Source of the DNA: Clostridium sp. CAG:302
GTDB taxonomy: Bacteria > Bacillota_I > Bacilli_A > RF39 > UBA660
Assembly: GCA_000431795.1 (NCBI GenBank)
Contig: FR887372.1
Location: 3,087 to 67,086, forward strand
Direction of reading: 5' to 3'
Length of the DNA stretch: 64,000 nt
This document shows, piece after piece, positions 1 to 8,778 of the stretch (the stretch's first letter is position 1; the number at the start of each line of letters is the position of its first letter). The position numbers and the translations under genes are program-made. The notes beneath the pieces are model-generated. The model was not told the DNA's origin and did no database searches. It saw only the letters and a program-made list of their open reading frames with translations.

Positions 1-1175
1 CCTACTACAGTGGCAGATGCATACTTTTCAAGTAAGTTAAGACTTCTTTCCATAGCCATATATGTTCTCTTTGGATCTAGGCCTTTTTCAAATCTATTTG
101 AAGCCTCGCTTCTTAATACTTTCTTACTTGTCTTTCTAATTAATACTGGATCAAAGATAGCACTTTCAATAACGATATTTTTAGTATCATTTTCTACTTC
201 AGTAGATAGTCCTCCCATAATACCAGCTAGACCAATAGCCCCAGTATTATTATATATTACTATATCTGAATTAGATAGAGTTCTCTTTTGATTATCTAAA
301 GTAGTTAATTCTTCATTATCATTAGCCATTCTTACTCCAAGTGTGCTTCCTAATCTATCAGCGTCATAGTAGTGAAGTGGCTGACCAGTTTCTAACATTA
401 CATAATTAGAAATATCTACAACATTATTAATAGGTCTAATACCTGAGGCTATTAGTCTATTCTTAATAAAAGTAGGACTTTCTTTTATCGTAACATTTAC
501 TACTTTTCTAGCAAGGAACAACGGACATGCTTCAGTATTTACTTTTAATTCCAATTCATCTTTTATATTTCCAATGCCTTCTTTATGTGATAAATCTATA
601 TCATTTACTTTTTCATCATAGATTGCTCCAAGTTCATAAGCCATACCTAGTATACTAAGTAGGTCTCCCCTATTTGAAGTTAATTCAAAATCTATTACTT
701 CGTCATCTAATTCTAAATATTTGATAGGATCTTCACCTACTGGGGCATCTTTTGGTAATTCATGAATACCATTTATATCTTCTTCTTTTAGGAATTTATG
801 ATCTAAACCTAGTTCAGCAATAGAACATAACATACCATTTGATTCTACCCCTCTTATAACACCTTTTTTTATAGTACCACCAGGAAGTTCTGCTCCAGGT
901 AAGGCTACTATTACTTTTAATCCTTTTCTTACATTAGGAGCACCACATACTATTTGAAGTACTTCTGTGCCGACATTTACCTTACATACATGTAAATGAT
1001 CTGAATCAGGATGCATATCACACTCTAATACTTCACCAATTACTAAATTAGAGGCATTTATTAATTTACCAGCACTATCGTATTCGTTGCCGACACCAGT
1101 CATTTTTTCTGCTACTGTATTAATATCATCATTTATATCAATATAATCGCTTACAAATTTTCTTGATAGCTTCAT
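1..1175 (-). CDS. pheT: Phenylalanine--tRNA ligase beta subunit, N-terminal part (continues beyond window start)
   Basis: Reverse-strand translation from the ATG at 1175 reads MKLSRKFVSDYIDI...GEVLECDMHPDSDHLHVCKV...; this is the typical PheT N-terminal tRNA-binding and B3/4 region. The start overlaps the pheS stop (TAATG). Confidence 0.85.
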   Translation of the reverse strand, partial: MKLSRKFVSDYIDINDDINTVAEKMTGVGNEYDSAGKLINASNLVIGEVLECDMHPDSDHLHVCKVNVGTEVLQIVCGAPNVRKGLKVIVALPGAELPGGTIKKGVIRGVESNGMLCSIAELGLDHKFLKEEDINGIHELPKDAPVGEDPIKYLELDDEVIDFELTSNRGDLLSILGMAYELGAIYDEKVNDIDLSHKEGIGNIKDELELKVNTEACPLFLARKVVNVTIKESPTFIKNRLIASGIRPINNVVDISNYVMLETGQPLHYYDADRLGSTLGVRMANDNEELTTLDNQKRTLSNSDIVIYNNTGAIGLAGIMGGLSTEVENDTKNIVIESAIFDPVLIRKTSKKVLRSEASNRFEKGLDPKRTYMAMERSLNLLEKYASATVV

Positions 1176-2209
1176 TACTCCTCATCCTTTCTATCAAATT
1201 GTCTTAACATTCTAACATCATTAGTATATAAATATCTAATATCTGGAATGTTATATTTAAACATTGCTAATCTATCTAATCCTGTACCAAAAGCAAAACC
1301 AGTATATACTTCTGGATCGTAGCCGCCCATTCTAAGTACATTAGGATGAACCATGCCTGCTCCTAGTACTTCTATCCAGCCAGTATTTTTACATAGTGCA
1401 CAGCCTTTACCACCACATTTAAAACAAGATAAATCTACTTCAACACTAGGCTCAGTAAATGGAAAATAACTAGGTCTAAATCTAACTTTAGTATTATCTC
1501 CAAGAATTCTTTTAGCAAATATTTCTAGCGTACCTTTAAGGTCTGCTAACGAGATATCCTTATCAATAACCAATCCTTCTACTTGACCAAATTGATGTGA
1601 ATGAGTAGCATCATCATCTCTTCGATATACTTTACCAGGACATATTATTCTAATAGGGCCTTTATCTTCATTTTCTTCCATAGTATGTGCCTGTGCGCAA
1701 GATGTTTGCGTACGAAGTAAATACTCAGTATCAATATAAAAGGTATCTTGAGCATCTCTTGCAGGATGACCATCAGGTACATTAAGTCTCTTAAAACAAT
1801 ATTCATCAGTTTCTACTTCATTACCCGGTACTACATCATATCCCATACTAACAAATATATCTTCTACTTCTTCAATTATTCTATTAAATGGATGTAAACT
1901 ACCAGTAATTATTTCTTCACTAGGAAGTGTAATATCAATAGCTTCTTTCTCTAACTTTCTATTAACTTCTTCAGTCTCTATTCTAGTTTTAACTTCTTCA
2001 AATAAATTATTAAAGTATGTTCTTATTTCATTAACCATAATACCATACTCTTTCTTTTCTTCATTAGGTATTTCTCTTATTTTACTTTGAAGTAGTGTAA
2101 TTACTCCTTCTTTACCTAAATACTTACTTTTGATATCGTTTAGTTCATTTTGTTTAGTAATATGTTCTAAATCAGTATCAATACTCTTCTTTATTTCTTC
2201 TATATTCAT
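1175..2209 (-). CDS. pheS: Phenylalanine--tRNA ligase alpha subunit
   Basis: The 352-aa ORF carries class II aaRS motifs (FRPSYFPFTEPS, GAGMVHPNVL). A strong RBS (AAGGAGG) 7 nt upstream of the internal ATG at 2209 (MNIEEIKK) marks the likely true start. The upstream MKMLKEDI extension is readthrough of a duplicated segment. Confidence 0.9.
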   Translation of the reverse strand: MNIEEIKKSIDTDLEHITKQNELNDIKSKYLGKEGVITLLQSKIREIPNEEKKEYGIMVNEIRTYFNNLFEEVKTRIETEEVNRKLEKEAIDITLPSEEIITGSLHPFNRIIEEVEDIFVSMGYDVVPGNEVETDEYCFKRLNVPDGHPARDAQDTFYIDTEYLLRTQTSCAQAHTMEENEDKGPIRIICPGKVYRRDDDATHSHQFGQVEGLVIDKDISLADLKGTLEIFAKRILGDNTKVRFRPSYFPFTEPSVEVDLSCFKCGGKGCALCKNTGWIEVLGAGMVHPNVLRMGGYDPEVYTGFAFGTGLDRLAMFKYNIPDIRYLYTNDVRMLRQFDRKDEE

Positions 2210-2219
2210 AATATCCTCC

Positions 2220-2256
2220 TTAAGCATTTTCATATAATGCTATTATTTCTTTCTTA
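2220..2256. repeat. 37-bp direct repeat, copy A (identical to 3450-3486)
   Basis: ttaagcattttcatataatgctattatttctttctta occurs identically at 2220-2256 and 3450-3486, flanking the yhcG-like segment. Confidence 0.9.
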
Positions 2257-2430
2257 CTTAGATTTTTATCAAGAGATATCTACAAACTCACAATGAATAT
2301 TAAAACTAAAGTATAATATATGTAGTTATAGAAATAAACTCATTTTTTAAGTTACTACATTTCAATAAAATTAATGTTCATTTTCTAGACAGAATATCAG
2401 TGGCTTATAATAATCCATCCAATAATACCA

Positions 2431-3436
2431 TTAATGATTATCCAAATTAATATGCATATTTAAATCTTCTTCTGTAGGTAATTTATCAAGAATATTTTTG
2501 GGAATTATGTTTTTAACTTTAAAAGAAGACACACCGATTGGTACATTTGTAGATTTTAAAGACCAATCAACTGATAATCTATCTTTATCTTTACAAAGTA
2601 ATAATCCTATTGTTGGATTATCGTTTTTCGTTCTCAAAGTTTCATCAATAGCGGTTACATAAAAACCAAGTTGCCCAGTATATTCAGGTTTAAACTTATT
2701 TACCTTGAGTTCTACAACAATATAACATCTTAACTCCAAATGATAGAACAATAAATCTATATAATAATCATTTCCATCAACAGATATTTTATATTGATTT
2801 CCAACAAAACTGAAGCCTTTTCCTAATTCTAGTAATACATCCCTTATCTTATCTAGTAAAGCTTCTTCCAATTCCTTTTCTTTGTAATTTTGATGTAATG
2901 TTATAAAGTCAAATATATATGGATCTTTAAAAGTATTATTTACTAAGTCACTATCATTTGGTGGTAATAATGCACTAAAATTATTATTAGTACCTCCTAT
3001 TCTTTTATGAAAATGGCTTTCAATTTGAATAGAAAGTACACTACGACTCCAACCATTTTTGATAGTATTTTCAGCATATATTTTCCTCAAACTTTTATCT
3101 TTGATTTTTTCAATTAAAAGTATATTGTGCCCCCCAAGGCAATTTGGCAACAAGTTGTTGCCAACTCTCATCATCCTTGTATTCTTCATAAAACAATCGC
3201 ATCGCTCTAATATTTCTTTCCGAAAATCCCTTCATTGAAGGAAAAGTTAATTTAAGTTCAGTAGAAACCTGCTTAGTAAAATTATTCCCATAAACTTTAT
3301 TTTCTGATACGATTTTTCCCAACCTGAAATATAGTTTAATTAAATTACTATTAACTTCCTGTATTGTTTTTATTTGAGTACTTATAATTTCTTTCTTCAT
3401 ATTAGCAATAATCATTTTAAAATCTTTTTCTATCAT
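2431..3436 (-). pseudogene. yhcG: YhcG/DUF1016 PDDEXK-family nuclease-like gene, frameshifted at a G6 homopolymer
   Basis: Two overlapping ORFs, 3110-3463 (N-terminal YhcG_N-like, ...QQLVAKLPWG) and 2431-3189 (C-terminal DUF1016, KDPYIFDFI...IDLLFYH...VVELK...PEYTGQLGFYV), lie in different frames. Removing one G from the GGGGGG tract (top-strand cccccc at 3131-3136) restores a continuous ...AKLPWGHNILLIEK... protein. The RBS GAGGGGG precedes the ATG at 3436. Confidence 0.7.
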
Positions 3437-3449
3437 AACATCCCCCTCA

Positions 3450-3486
3450 TTAAGCATTTTCATATAATGCTATTATTTCTTTCTTA
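3450..3486. repeat. 37-bp direct repeat, copy B
   Basis: Identical to 2220-2256. It encodes the C-terminus (KKEIIALYENA*) of the 95-aa ORF and the ATGAAAATG start context. Confidence 0.9.
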
Positions 3487-3737
3487 TTTAAATTCTTTTC
3501 TAAAGACTTAATATCTTTTATAAATTCATCATGATCTTTAGTTATATCTTCAGTCTTAGTTAATATTACTTTTTCTATATCTGATACTCCATATCTAATT
3601 AAATATAGACAATTTAAATTAACATTTCTAGAGTTATTTACAAGTAATTCTAATAAGTAATTATTTTTACTATTAATTAACTTTTCATAACTAGCATAAG
3701 ATATAAACTTAAATAAATAGTTTAGTTTATCTTCCAA
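3450..3737 (-). CDS. Hypothetical 95-aa protein, first ORF after the T-box leader (TTG start)
   Basis: ORF with RBS GGAAGG 7 nt before a TTG start. It sits immediately downstream of the T-box terminator. No recognisable domain. Confidence 0.4.
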   Translation of the reverse strand: MEDKLNYLFKFISYASYEKLINSKNNYLLELLVNNSRNVNLNCLYLIRYGVSDIEKVILTKTEDITKDHDEFIKDIKSLEKNLNKKEIIALYENA

Positions 3738-3759
3738 TTTAATACCTTCCTTCTAAAAA

Positions 3760-3962
3760 AGAAAAAAGATGATACCATAAAAGGACGAATTAATATCCGC
3801 GGTACCACCTTTCTTTATAACATAAGTTATACTCTTAAATCTTTAACCTGATTAACGGTATAAAACTAAAGGGTGAATTCATACTAAATAATTAACTCTT
3901 CTTTCACCCTCTAAGAGCTCGCTAATAATTATTTTTATAGTATTACTACTTCCTCATCACTG
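3760..3962 (-). promoter_or_regulatory. T-box riboswitch leader (presumed Phe-responsive) with terminator
   Basis: Minus strand contains GAAAGGUGGUACCGCGG (top 3796-3812), matching the conserved T-box sequence AGGGUGGNACCGCG. Upstream is a Stem-I-like AGAGGGUGAA...UUCACCCU helix. Downstream is a hairpin plus UCUUUUUUCUUUUUU run. It lies upstream of the operon ending in pheS-pheT. Confidence 0.7.
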
Positions 3963-3967
3963 TCTTA

Positions 3968-4510
3968 TTATATAGTCATTAAATCTTTTTCTTTCTCTTT
4001 TAATTTTTCATCTACAATTTTATTATATTCATTAATTAAATCTTGTACTCTTTCATTACCTCTTTTTTCTTCATCCTCAGGTAATTCTAAGTTTTCTAAT
4101 GCTTTATTAGCATCTTGTCTAATATTTCTAAGAGCTATTTTTGCTTCTTCACCTAACCCTTTAACTTGTTTTACTAATTCTTTTCTTCTATCTTCAGTAA
4201 GTGGTGGTATTACTATAAATACTACTTCTCCATTGTTATTAGGAGTTACTCCTAAATTAGCTTCAAAGATAGCCTTTTCTATTGCTCCAAGACATGATCT
4301 ATCAAATGGTTTAATAGATAATTGCCTAGCCTCAGGTATAGATATATTTGCTAAACTTTTAAGTGGTGTTGGTACTCCATAATATTCTACCATAATACCA
4401 TCTAACATATTAGGATTAGCTCTACCTGCTCTAACATTAGTAAACTTGTTTTCTAAAGATTCAATTGTTAACATCATCTTTTCTTCTGTACTATTTAATA
4501 TTTCTTCCAT
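3968..4510 (-). CDS. frr: Ribosome recycling factor
   Basis: The 180-aa product carries the typical RRF sequence (MLDGIMVEYYGVPTPL...IPPLTEDRRKELVK). Confidence 0.9.
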   Translation of the reverse strand: MEEILNSTEEKMMLTIESLENKFTNVRAGRANPNMLDGIMVEYYGVPTPLKSLANISIPEARQLSIKPFDRSCLGAIEKAIFEANLGVTPNNNGEVVFIVIPPLTEDRRKELVKQVKGLGEEAKIALRNIRQDANKALENLELPEDEEKRGNERVQDLINEYNKIVDEKLKEKEKDLMTI

Positions 4511-4700
4511 ATAATCTCCTTTTTTACATTAAATAATATAACATACTTTTATAATTTATACAATATTTTTTATTATTTTTATATTCTTTTTATTTAGTTC
4601 AAGCCTTACTATGTAAGTCTTTCACTATTATATTAAGCCTAATCTTTAGTCTTAATATAATATATCTACATATCTATTATATATAAGCCATATCTATATA

Positions 4701-4731
4701 GCAAAAAGAAAGATATTAGTTATATCTTTCT
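4701..4731 (-). terminator. Rho-independent terminator downstream of mscL (part of repeat family 2)
   Basis: Minus strand shows AGAAAGATAT-loop-ATATCTTTCT (10-bp stem) followed by UUUUUGC. Confidence 0.6.
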
Positions 4732-4771
4732 TCCAATATATTTTACAATAGATATTTACAAAATAAACTTT

Positions 4772-4830
4772 CACAATAGAGACCTTAGGCTCTATTGTGC
4801 CTCTTAAGACTTATCTTAAGACTTAAGAGG
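4772..4830. repeat. Double-hairpin palindromic repeat element, copy 1 of 5
   Basis: cacaatagag-accttagg-ctctattgtg followed by cctcttaag-N13-cttaagagg. The same architecture occurs at 27050-27102, 56891-56942, 59776-59829 and 61977-62030. Confidence 0.8.
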
Positions 4831-4841
4831 ATATATAATAA

Positions 4842-5246
4842 TTATTTATTCTTTTTATTATTTTTCTTTAATTCATTAAGTATTTCTTCAAGTAATATTT
4901 CTTCATTGCTCTTCTTAGGTTCTTCTTTCTTCTCTTCTACTTCTTTCTTTTTCTTTAATGAAGTTAATTTATTAATAAATTTAACTATTAAGAATATACA
5001 GAATGCTATAATAAAGAAATTAATTACATTATTAATAAATGAACCATATTTAATTTGTGTACCAGGTATTACTAAATTACTAAAATCAATTTTACCAATT
5101 ATTAACCCAATAGTAGGAGTAATAACATCATTAACTAGTGAATTAACAATATTAGTAAATGCAGATCCAATTACTACACCTACTGCTAAATCAATAACAT
5201 TACCTCTTTCTATAAATGTCTTAAACTCTTTAAAAAACTTCTTCAT
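4842..5246 (-). CDS. mscL: Large-conductance mechanosensitive channel
   Basis: The 134-aa product matches the MscL consensus ([23 protein letters not shown]...[18 protein letters not shown]) with a charged C-terminal tail. Confidence 0.85.
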   Translation of the reverse strand: MKKFFKEFKTFIERGNVIDLAVGVVIGSAFTNIVNSLVNDVITPTIGLIIGKIDFSNLVIPGTQIKYGSFINNVINFFIIAFCIFLIVKFINKLTSLKKKKEVEEKKEEPKKSNEEILLEEILNELKKNNKKNK

Positions 5247-5271
5247 ATACTTTTCTCCCTTATTATATGTA

Positions 5272-5871
5272 TTAATCTACACAATACAAATTAATTTTAG
5301 GATTATTATTTATAATATTATTAAAACTAGTTCTCTTCTTATTCTTATATTCTGCTCTAAAGTAAGTGTTATCTTTTGTTATATATGTTTTAACTATATA
5401 ATCATTACCATCTTTATCTATAGAAACACTACCAACATAATCACTATTATTATCTAATTTATAAAGATTATAACAAGTATATTGTTTTTTATTTTCCTCT
5501 TCATACATTACTATAGCCTTATTATTAATTTCATCAGAATATTTAGCTATTTCTGAATTAACAACATTATTTAATGTAATAGCTAATATAATACCTACAA
5601 TAATAAAAATCACCACTGAAACTATAGTACCTATTAAGGCATATTTGCCACATTTCTTAGCCCTATTAGGAGTACTCTTTTTCATACTTAAATATAGTAT
5701 TAAACCTACTAATGGGTATAAAAAAGATAAAATATTTAAAATAACTAATGGTTTATCTTCTACTTTATTATTAGTACCATTATTTACCATAACCCCACAT
5801 TTCAAACATACATCATCATTATCATTTAACTTATTACCACAATTTGAACAATACATATTTCTTACCTCCAA
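5272..5871 (-). CDS. Zinc-ribbon domain membrane protein (hypothetical)
   Basis: N-terminal CxxC...CxxC motif ([10 protein letters not shown]...CLKCG), then a transmembrane segment and an extracellular domain. The start is likely the internal Met at about 5856. Confidence 0.5.
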   Translation of the reverse strand: MEVRNMYCSNCGNKLNDNDDVCLKCGVMVNNGTNNKVEDKPLVILNILSFLYPLVGLILYLSMKKSTPNRAKKCGKYALIGTIVSVVIFIIVGIILAITLNNVVNSEIAKYSDEINNKAIVMYEEENKKQYTCYNLYKLDNNSDYVGSVSIDKDGNDYIVKTYITKDNTYFRAEYKNKKRTSFNNIINNNPKINLYCVD

Positions 5872-5918
5872 GATAATTATATAACACTTTTAAATAAAAG
5901 TAAATTAATTTAGTTAAA

Positions 5919-5945
5919 TTAGCAATCTCTATTGACAATTGCTAA
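5919..5945 (+). promoter_or_regulatory. CIRCE-like inverted repeat (candidate HrcA operator) overlapping the clpB -35
   Basis: TTAGCAATC-N9-AATTGCTAA, compared with the CIRCE consensus TTAGCACTC-N9-GAGTGCTAA. The outer TTAGCA/TGCTAA hexamers and the 9-nt spacer are conserved. Confidence 0.5.
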
Positions 5946-5960
5946 TTATTGAGGTATAAT
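5932..5960 (+). promoter_or_regulatory. Sigma-A type promoter for clpB
   Basis: TTGACA (5932-5937), a 17-bp spacer, then TATAAT (5955-5960). The RBS AAAGGAAAG follows. Confidence 0.7.
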
Positions 5961-5991
5961 ACATGTCGTAATAGAAAGGAAAGTGATATAT

Positions 5992-8103
5992 ATGAATATG
6001 AATAATCCTTATGAAGAAAATTTACAAAAGCCCTTAGAAAAATATGGTAGAGATATTACTAAGGCCGCTAAAGATGGTAAAATTGATCCAGTTATTGGTC
6101 GTGATGAAGAAATAAGAAGTATTACTAGAATACTTTCTCGTAAAACTAAAAATAACCCTGTATTAATTGGTGAACCTGGTGTTGGTAAAACCGCCATTGT
6201 AGAAGGTTTGGCACAAAGAATAATTAAAGGCGATGTTCCTAATAATCTAAAAGATAAGACTATTTGGGAGCTAGATATGGGTGCCCTAGTTGCAGGTGCT
6301 AAATACCGTGGTGAATTTGAAGAAAGACTAAAAGCCGTACTAAAAGAGGTAAAAGATTCTGAAGGTAACATTATTATGTTTATTGATGAAATACATATGA
6401 TTGTAGGTGCTGGTGCTCTTGAAGGCGCTATGGATGCTGGTAATATGTTAAAACCTATGCTAGCTCGTGGTGAAGTACATTGTATTGGTGCTACTACCTT
6501 AAATGAATATCGTAAATATATTGAAAAAGATGCTGCACTAGAAAGAAGATTTCAAAAAGTATTAGTAAAAGAGCCTACTGTTCTAGATACTATTACTATT
6601 CTTCGTGGCCTAAAGTCTAAATTTGAAGTATTCCATGGTGTAACAATTAAAGATAAAGCTTTAATCGCTGCTGCTACCCTATCTGATAGATACATTACTG
6701 ATAGATTCTTACCAGATAAAGCTATTGATTTAGTTGATGAGGCTGCCGCTACTATAAAGGTACAAATGGAATCAGTTCCTACTGCTCTAGATAATCTAGA
6801 AAGAAATATTATGAGACTTGAAATAGAAAAAGAAGCCCTAAAGAAAGAGAAAGATAATATTTCTAAAAATAGAATTACCGAGATAGACAAAGAACTAGAT
6901 AATCTTAAATTAAAAGAAAAAGATCTAAAGACCAAATGGGAAGAAGAAAAGACTGTTAATACTAAGATTAGTAAAAAGAAAGAAGAAATAGATCGTGCTA
7001 ACTTTGAATTAGAGACTGCTGAAAATAACTATGATTTAGAAAGCGCCGCTAGACTAAGACATGGTACTATACCTAAACTAGAAAAAGAACTAGCCTCCCT
7101 TGAAGAGATTAATAAATCAGAAATATTATCAGATACAGTTGATGAAGAAAGCATCGCCGCCATTATATCTAAATGGACTAATATACCAGTATCTAAATTA
7201 GCTGAAGGAGATAAAGAAAAGTTACTACATCTTGAAGACAAAATGAAAGAAAGAGTTAAAGGCCAAGATAATGCTATTCACTTAGTAACTGAAGCCATTA
7301 TTCGTTCAAGAGCGGGTATTAAAGATCCAAATAGACCAATTGGTTCATTTATCTTCTTAGGACCTACTGGTGTTGGTAAAACTGAAGTAGCAAGAACTCT
7401 AGCCTATGAACTATTTGACGATGAAAGACATATGATAAGAATAGATATGTCTGAGTATATGGAAAGTCATTCAGTAGCTAGATTAATTGGTGCCCCTCCA
7501 GGATATGTAGGATATGACGAAGGTGGACAACTTACCGAAGCTGTAAGAAGAAATCCCTACTCTATTGTCTTATTTGATGAAATAGAAAAAGCTCATCACG
7601 ATGTCTTTAATGTACTACTACAAATACTAGATGATGGTAGAATAACCGATGGTCAAGGTAGAACTGTAGATTTTAAGAATACTATCATAATAATGACATC
7701 TAATCTAGGTAGTGAATATATCTTAGATAATAAAGATAATGCTAATGAACTTGTAATGCAAGAATTAAGAAGTACTTTTAAACCTGAGTTCATTAATAGA
7801 ATAGATGAAATAATAATCTTTAATTCTTTAACTAAAGATGTTGTTTATGATATTCTAAATAAAATTATCAAAGATATTGAATATAGATTAAGAGATAAAA
7901 ACATTAAAATAAATGTTACAGATAAAGCCAAAGAGTTTATTGTAAATGCCTCATATGATGAAAAATATGGTGCTAGACCTATAAAGAGATATGTTCAAAG
8001 AAATGTAGAAACTCTAATCGCAGAGGCTATCATTAATGATAAAATATCTTTTGGTAGTACCATTACTATCGATGTAGATAGTGATAAATTAATATTAAAA
8101 TAA
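5992..8103 (+). CDS. clpB: Chaperone ClpB lacking the N-terminal domain
   Basis: Two AAA+ modules ([15 protein letters not shown] and [15 protein letters not shown]) separated by a long coiled-coil M-domain. The N-domain is absent. The track start at 5983 is GTG; the ATG at 5992 has better RBS spacing. Confidence 0.85.
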   Translation: MNMNNPYEENLQKPLEKYGRDITKAAKDGKIDPVIGRDEEIRSITRILSRKTKNNPVLIGEPGVGKTAIVEGLAQRIIKGDVPNNLKDKTIWELDMGALVAGAKYRGEFEERLKAVLKEVKDSEGNIIMFIDEIHMIVGAGALEGAMDAGNMLKPMLARGEVHCIGATTLNEYRKYIEKDAALERRFQKVLVKEPTVLDTITILRGLKSKFEVFHGVTIKDKALIAAATLSDRYITDRFLPDKAIDLVDEAAATIKVQMESVPTALDNLERNIMRLEIEKEALKKEKDNISKNRITEIDKELDNLKLKEKDLKTKWEEEKTVNTKISKKKEEIDRANFELETAENNYDLESAARLRHGTIPKLEKELASLEEINKSEILSDTVDEESIAAIISKWTNIPVSKLAEGDKEKLLHLEDKMKERVKGQDNAIHLVTEAIIRSRAGIKDPNRPIGSFIFLGPTGVGKTEVARTLAYELFDDERHMIRIDMSEYMESHSVARLIGAPPGYVGYDEGGQLTEAVRRNPYSIVLFDEIEKAHHDVFNVLLQILDDGRITDGQGRTVDFKNTIIIMTSNLGSEYILDNKDNANELVMQELRSTFKPEFINRIDEIIIFNSLTKDVVYDILNKIIKDIEYRLRDKNIKINVTDKAKEFIVNASYDEKYGARPIKRYVQRNVETLIAEAIINDKISFGSTITIDVDSDKLILK

Positions 8104-8127
8104 GAGCAATCTGCTCTTATTTTTTTA
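8103..8127. terminator. Bidirectional rho-independent terminator
   Basis: AGAGCAatcTGCTCT hairpin followed by TATTTTTTTAA. It lies between convergent clpB and 8125-8457. Confidence 0.7.
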
Positions 8128-8457
8128 ATTATTTAAATCATTAAACTCGGTATTTAATGTATTATATTTTTCAGTAATCTTATTAGATGGAGCCTTTTCT
8201 AGTTCATACCAGCCTTTTCTAAAGGCTAGTTCAAACACTTCTCTCTGAAGGCTTTTAATTACATTAAACATTTCTTCATACTTAGCAAATAAATTTTCAT
8301 TAGAGGCTTCAGTTAAAGATATAGCATAATTTTTCTCCATATCCTTAAGTAGTGATAAAGTCATATTTAAATAATCTTTATCATTTAATACCATACCTTT
8401 AGGTACTTCAGTTTTAGGATTTGTTATTTTATTATTCATAAGTACCTCCAAGTACAT
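8125..8457 (-). CDS. Coat F domain-like protein (hypothetical)
   Basis: The 110-aa product resembles the CotF/ferritin-like coat F domain pattern (LNDKDYLNMTLSLLKDMEKNYAISLTEASN...GWY). Confidence 0.4.
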   Translation of the reverse strand: MYLEVLMNNKITNPKTEVPKGMVLNDKDYLNMTLSLLKDMEKNYAISLTEASNENLFAKYEEMFNVIKSLQREVFELAFRKGWYELEKAPSNKITEKYNTLNTEFNDLNN

Positions 8458-8650
8458 TTAAGATGTTAGTCATATTATTATATAATACTTCACTAACTCT
8501 ACTTATCATAGTTTTAACTTCATTATCTGATATATTTTCTAATGTATTATATAGTTCTTTATAACCAGTATAATTCCAATTAAACATATCAGATAAGTAA
8601 TCCAAATCTTTACCTGAAATAATATTAGGTACTACATTATAATTTTGCAT
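8432..8650 (-). CDS. Hypothetical small protein (72 aa), co-oriented partner of the coat F-like gene
   Basis: ORF overlaps the downstream gene by 26 nt. No identifiable domain. Confidence 0.35.
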   Translation of the reverse strand: MQNYNVVPNIISGKDLDYLSDMFNWNYTGYKELYNTLENISDNEVKTMISRVSEVLYNNMTNILNVLGGTYE

Positions 8651-8778
8651 ATTTATCTCCTTTCATAATTATTATGATTAAAAAGAAAATATTTTAAACT
8701 AAAATTGTAAAACAATTGTCAACAAATATTGACTTTATATTTAAATTAATATATATTTATTCTAGGAGGTAAATAAAA

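Noticed and set aside
2210-2233. MKMLKEDI N-terminal extension of pheS in the ORF track
   Set aside because: A strong RBS AAGGAGG directly precedes the internal ATG (MNIEE...). The extension is readthrough of the duplicated 37-bp segment.
2234-2430. Possible T-box immediately upstream of pheS
   Set aside because: No GGUGGNACCGCG-like sequence occurs on the coding strand here. The real T-box is further upstream at 3760-3962.
4795-5457. 220-aa plus-strand ORF
   Set aside because: It is a low-complexity F/S/I/L-rich translation antisense to mscL and to the 5272-5871 gene. It has no RBS, and the coding signal is on the opposite strand.
5919-5945. CtsR operator for clpB
   Set aside because: No GGTCAAA heptad repeats are present. 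The inverted repeat geometry matches CIRCE instead.
5645-7241. Several ORFs (5645-5884 +, 6009-6371 -, 6552-6935 -, 7029-7241 -) overlapping the 5272-5871 gene and clpB
   Set aside because: They are antisense or frame artefacts inside well-supported genes, with biased S/L-rich composition.
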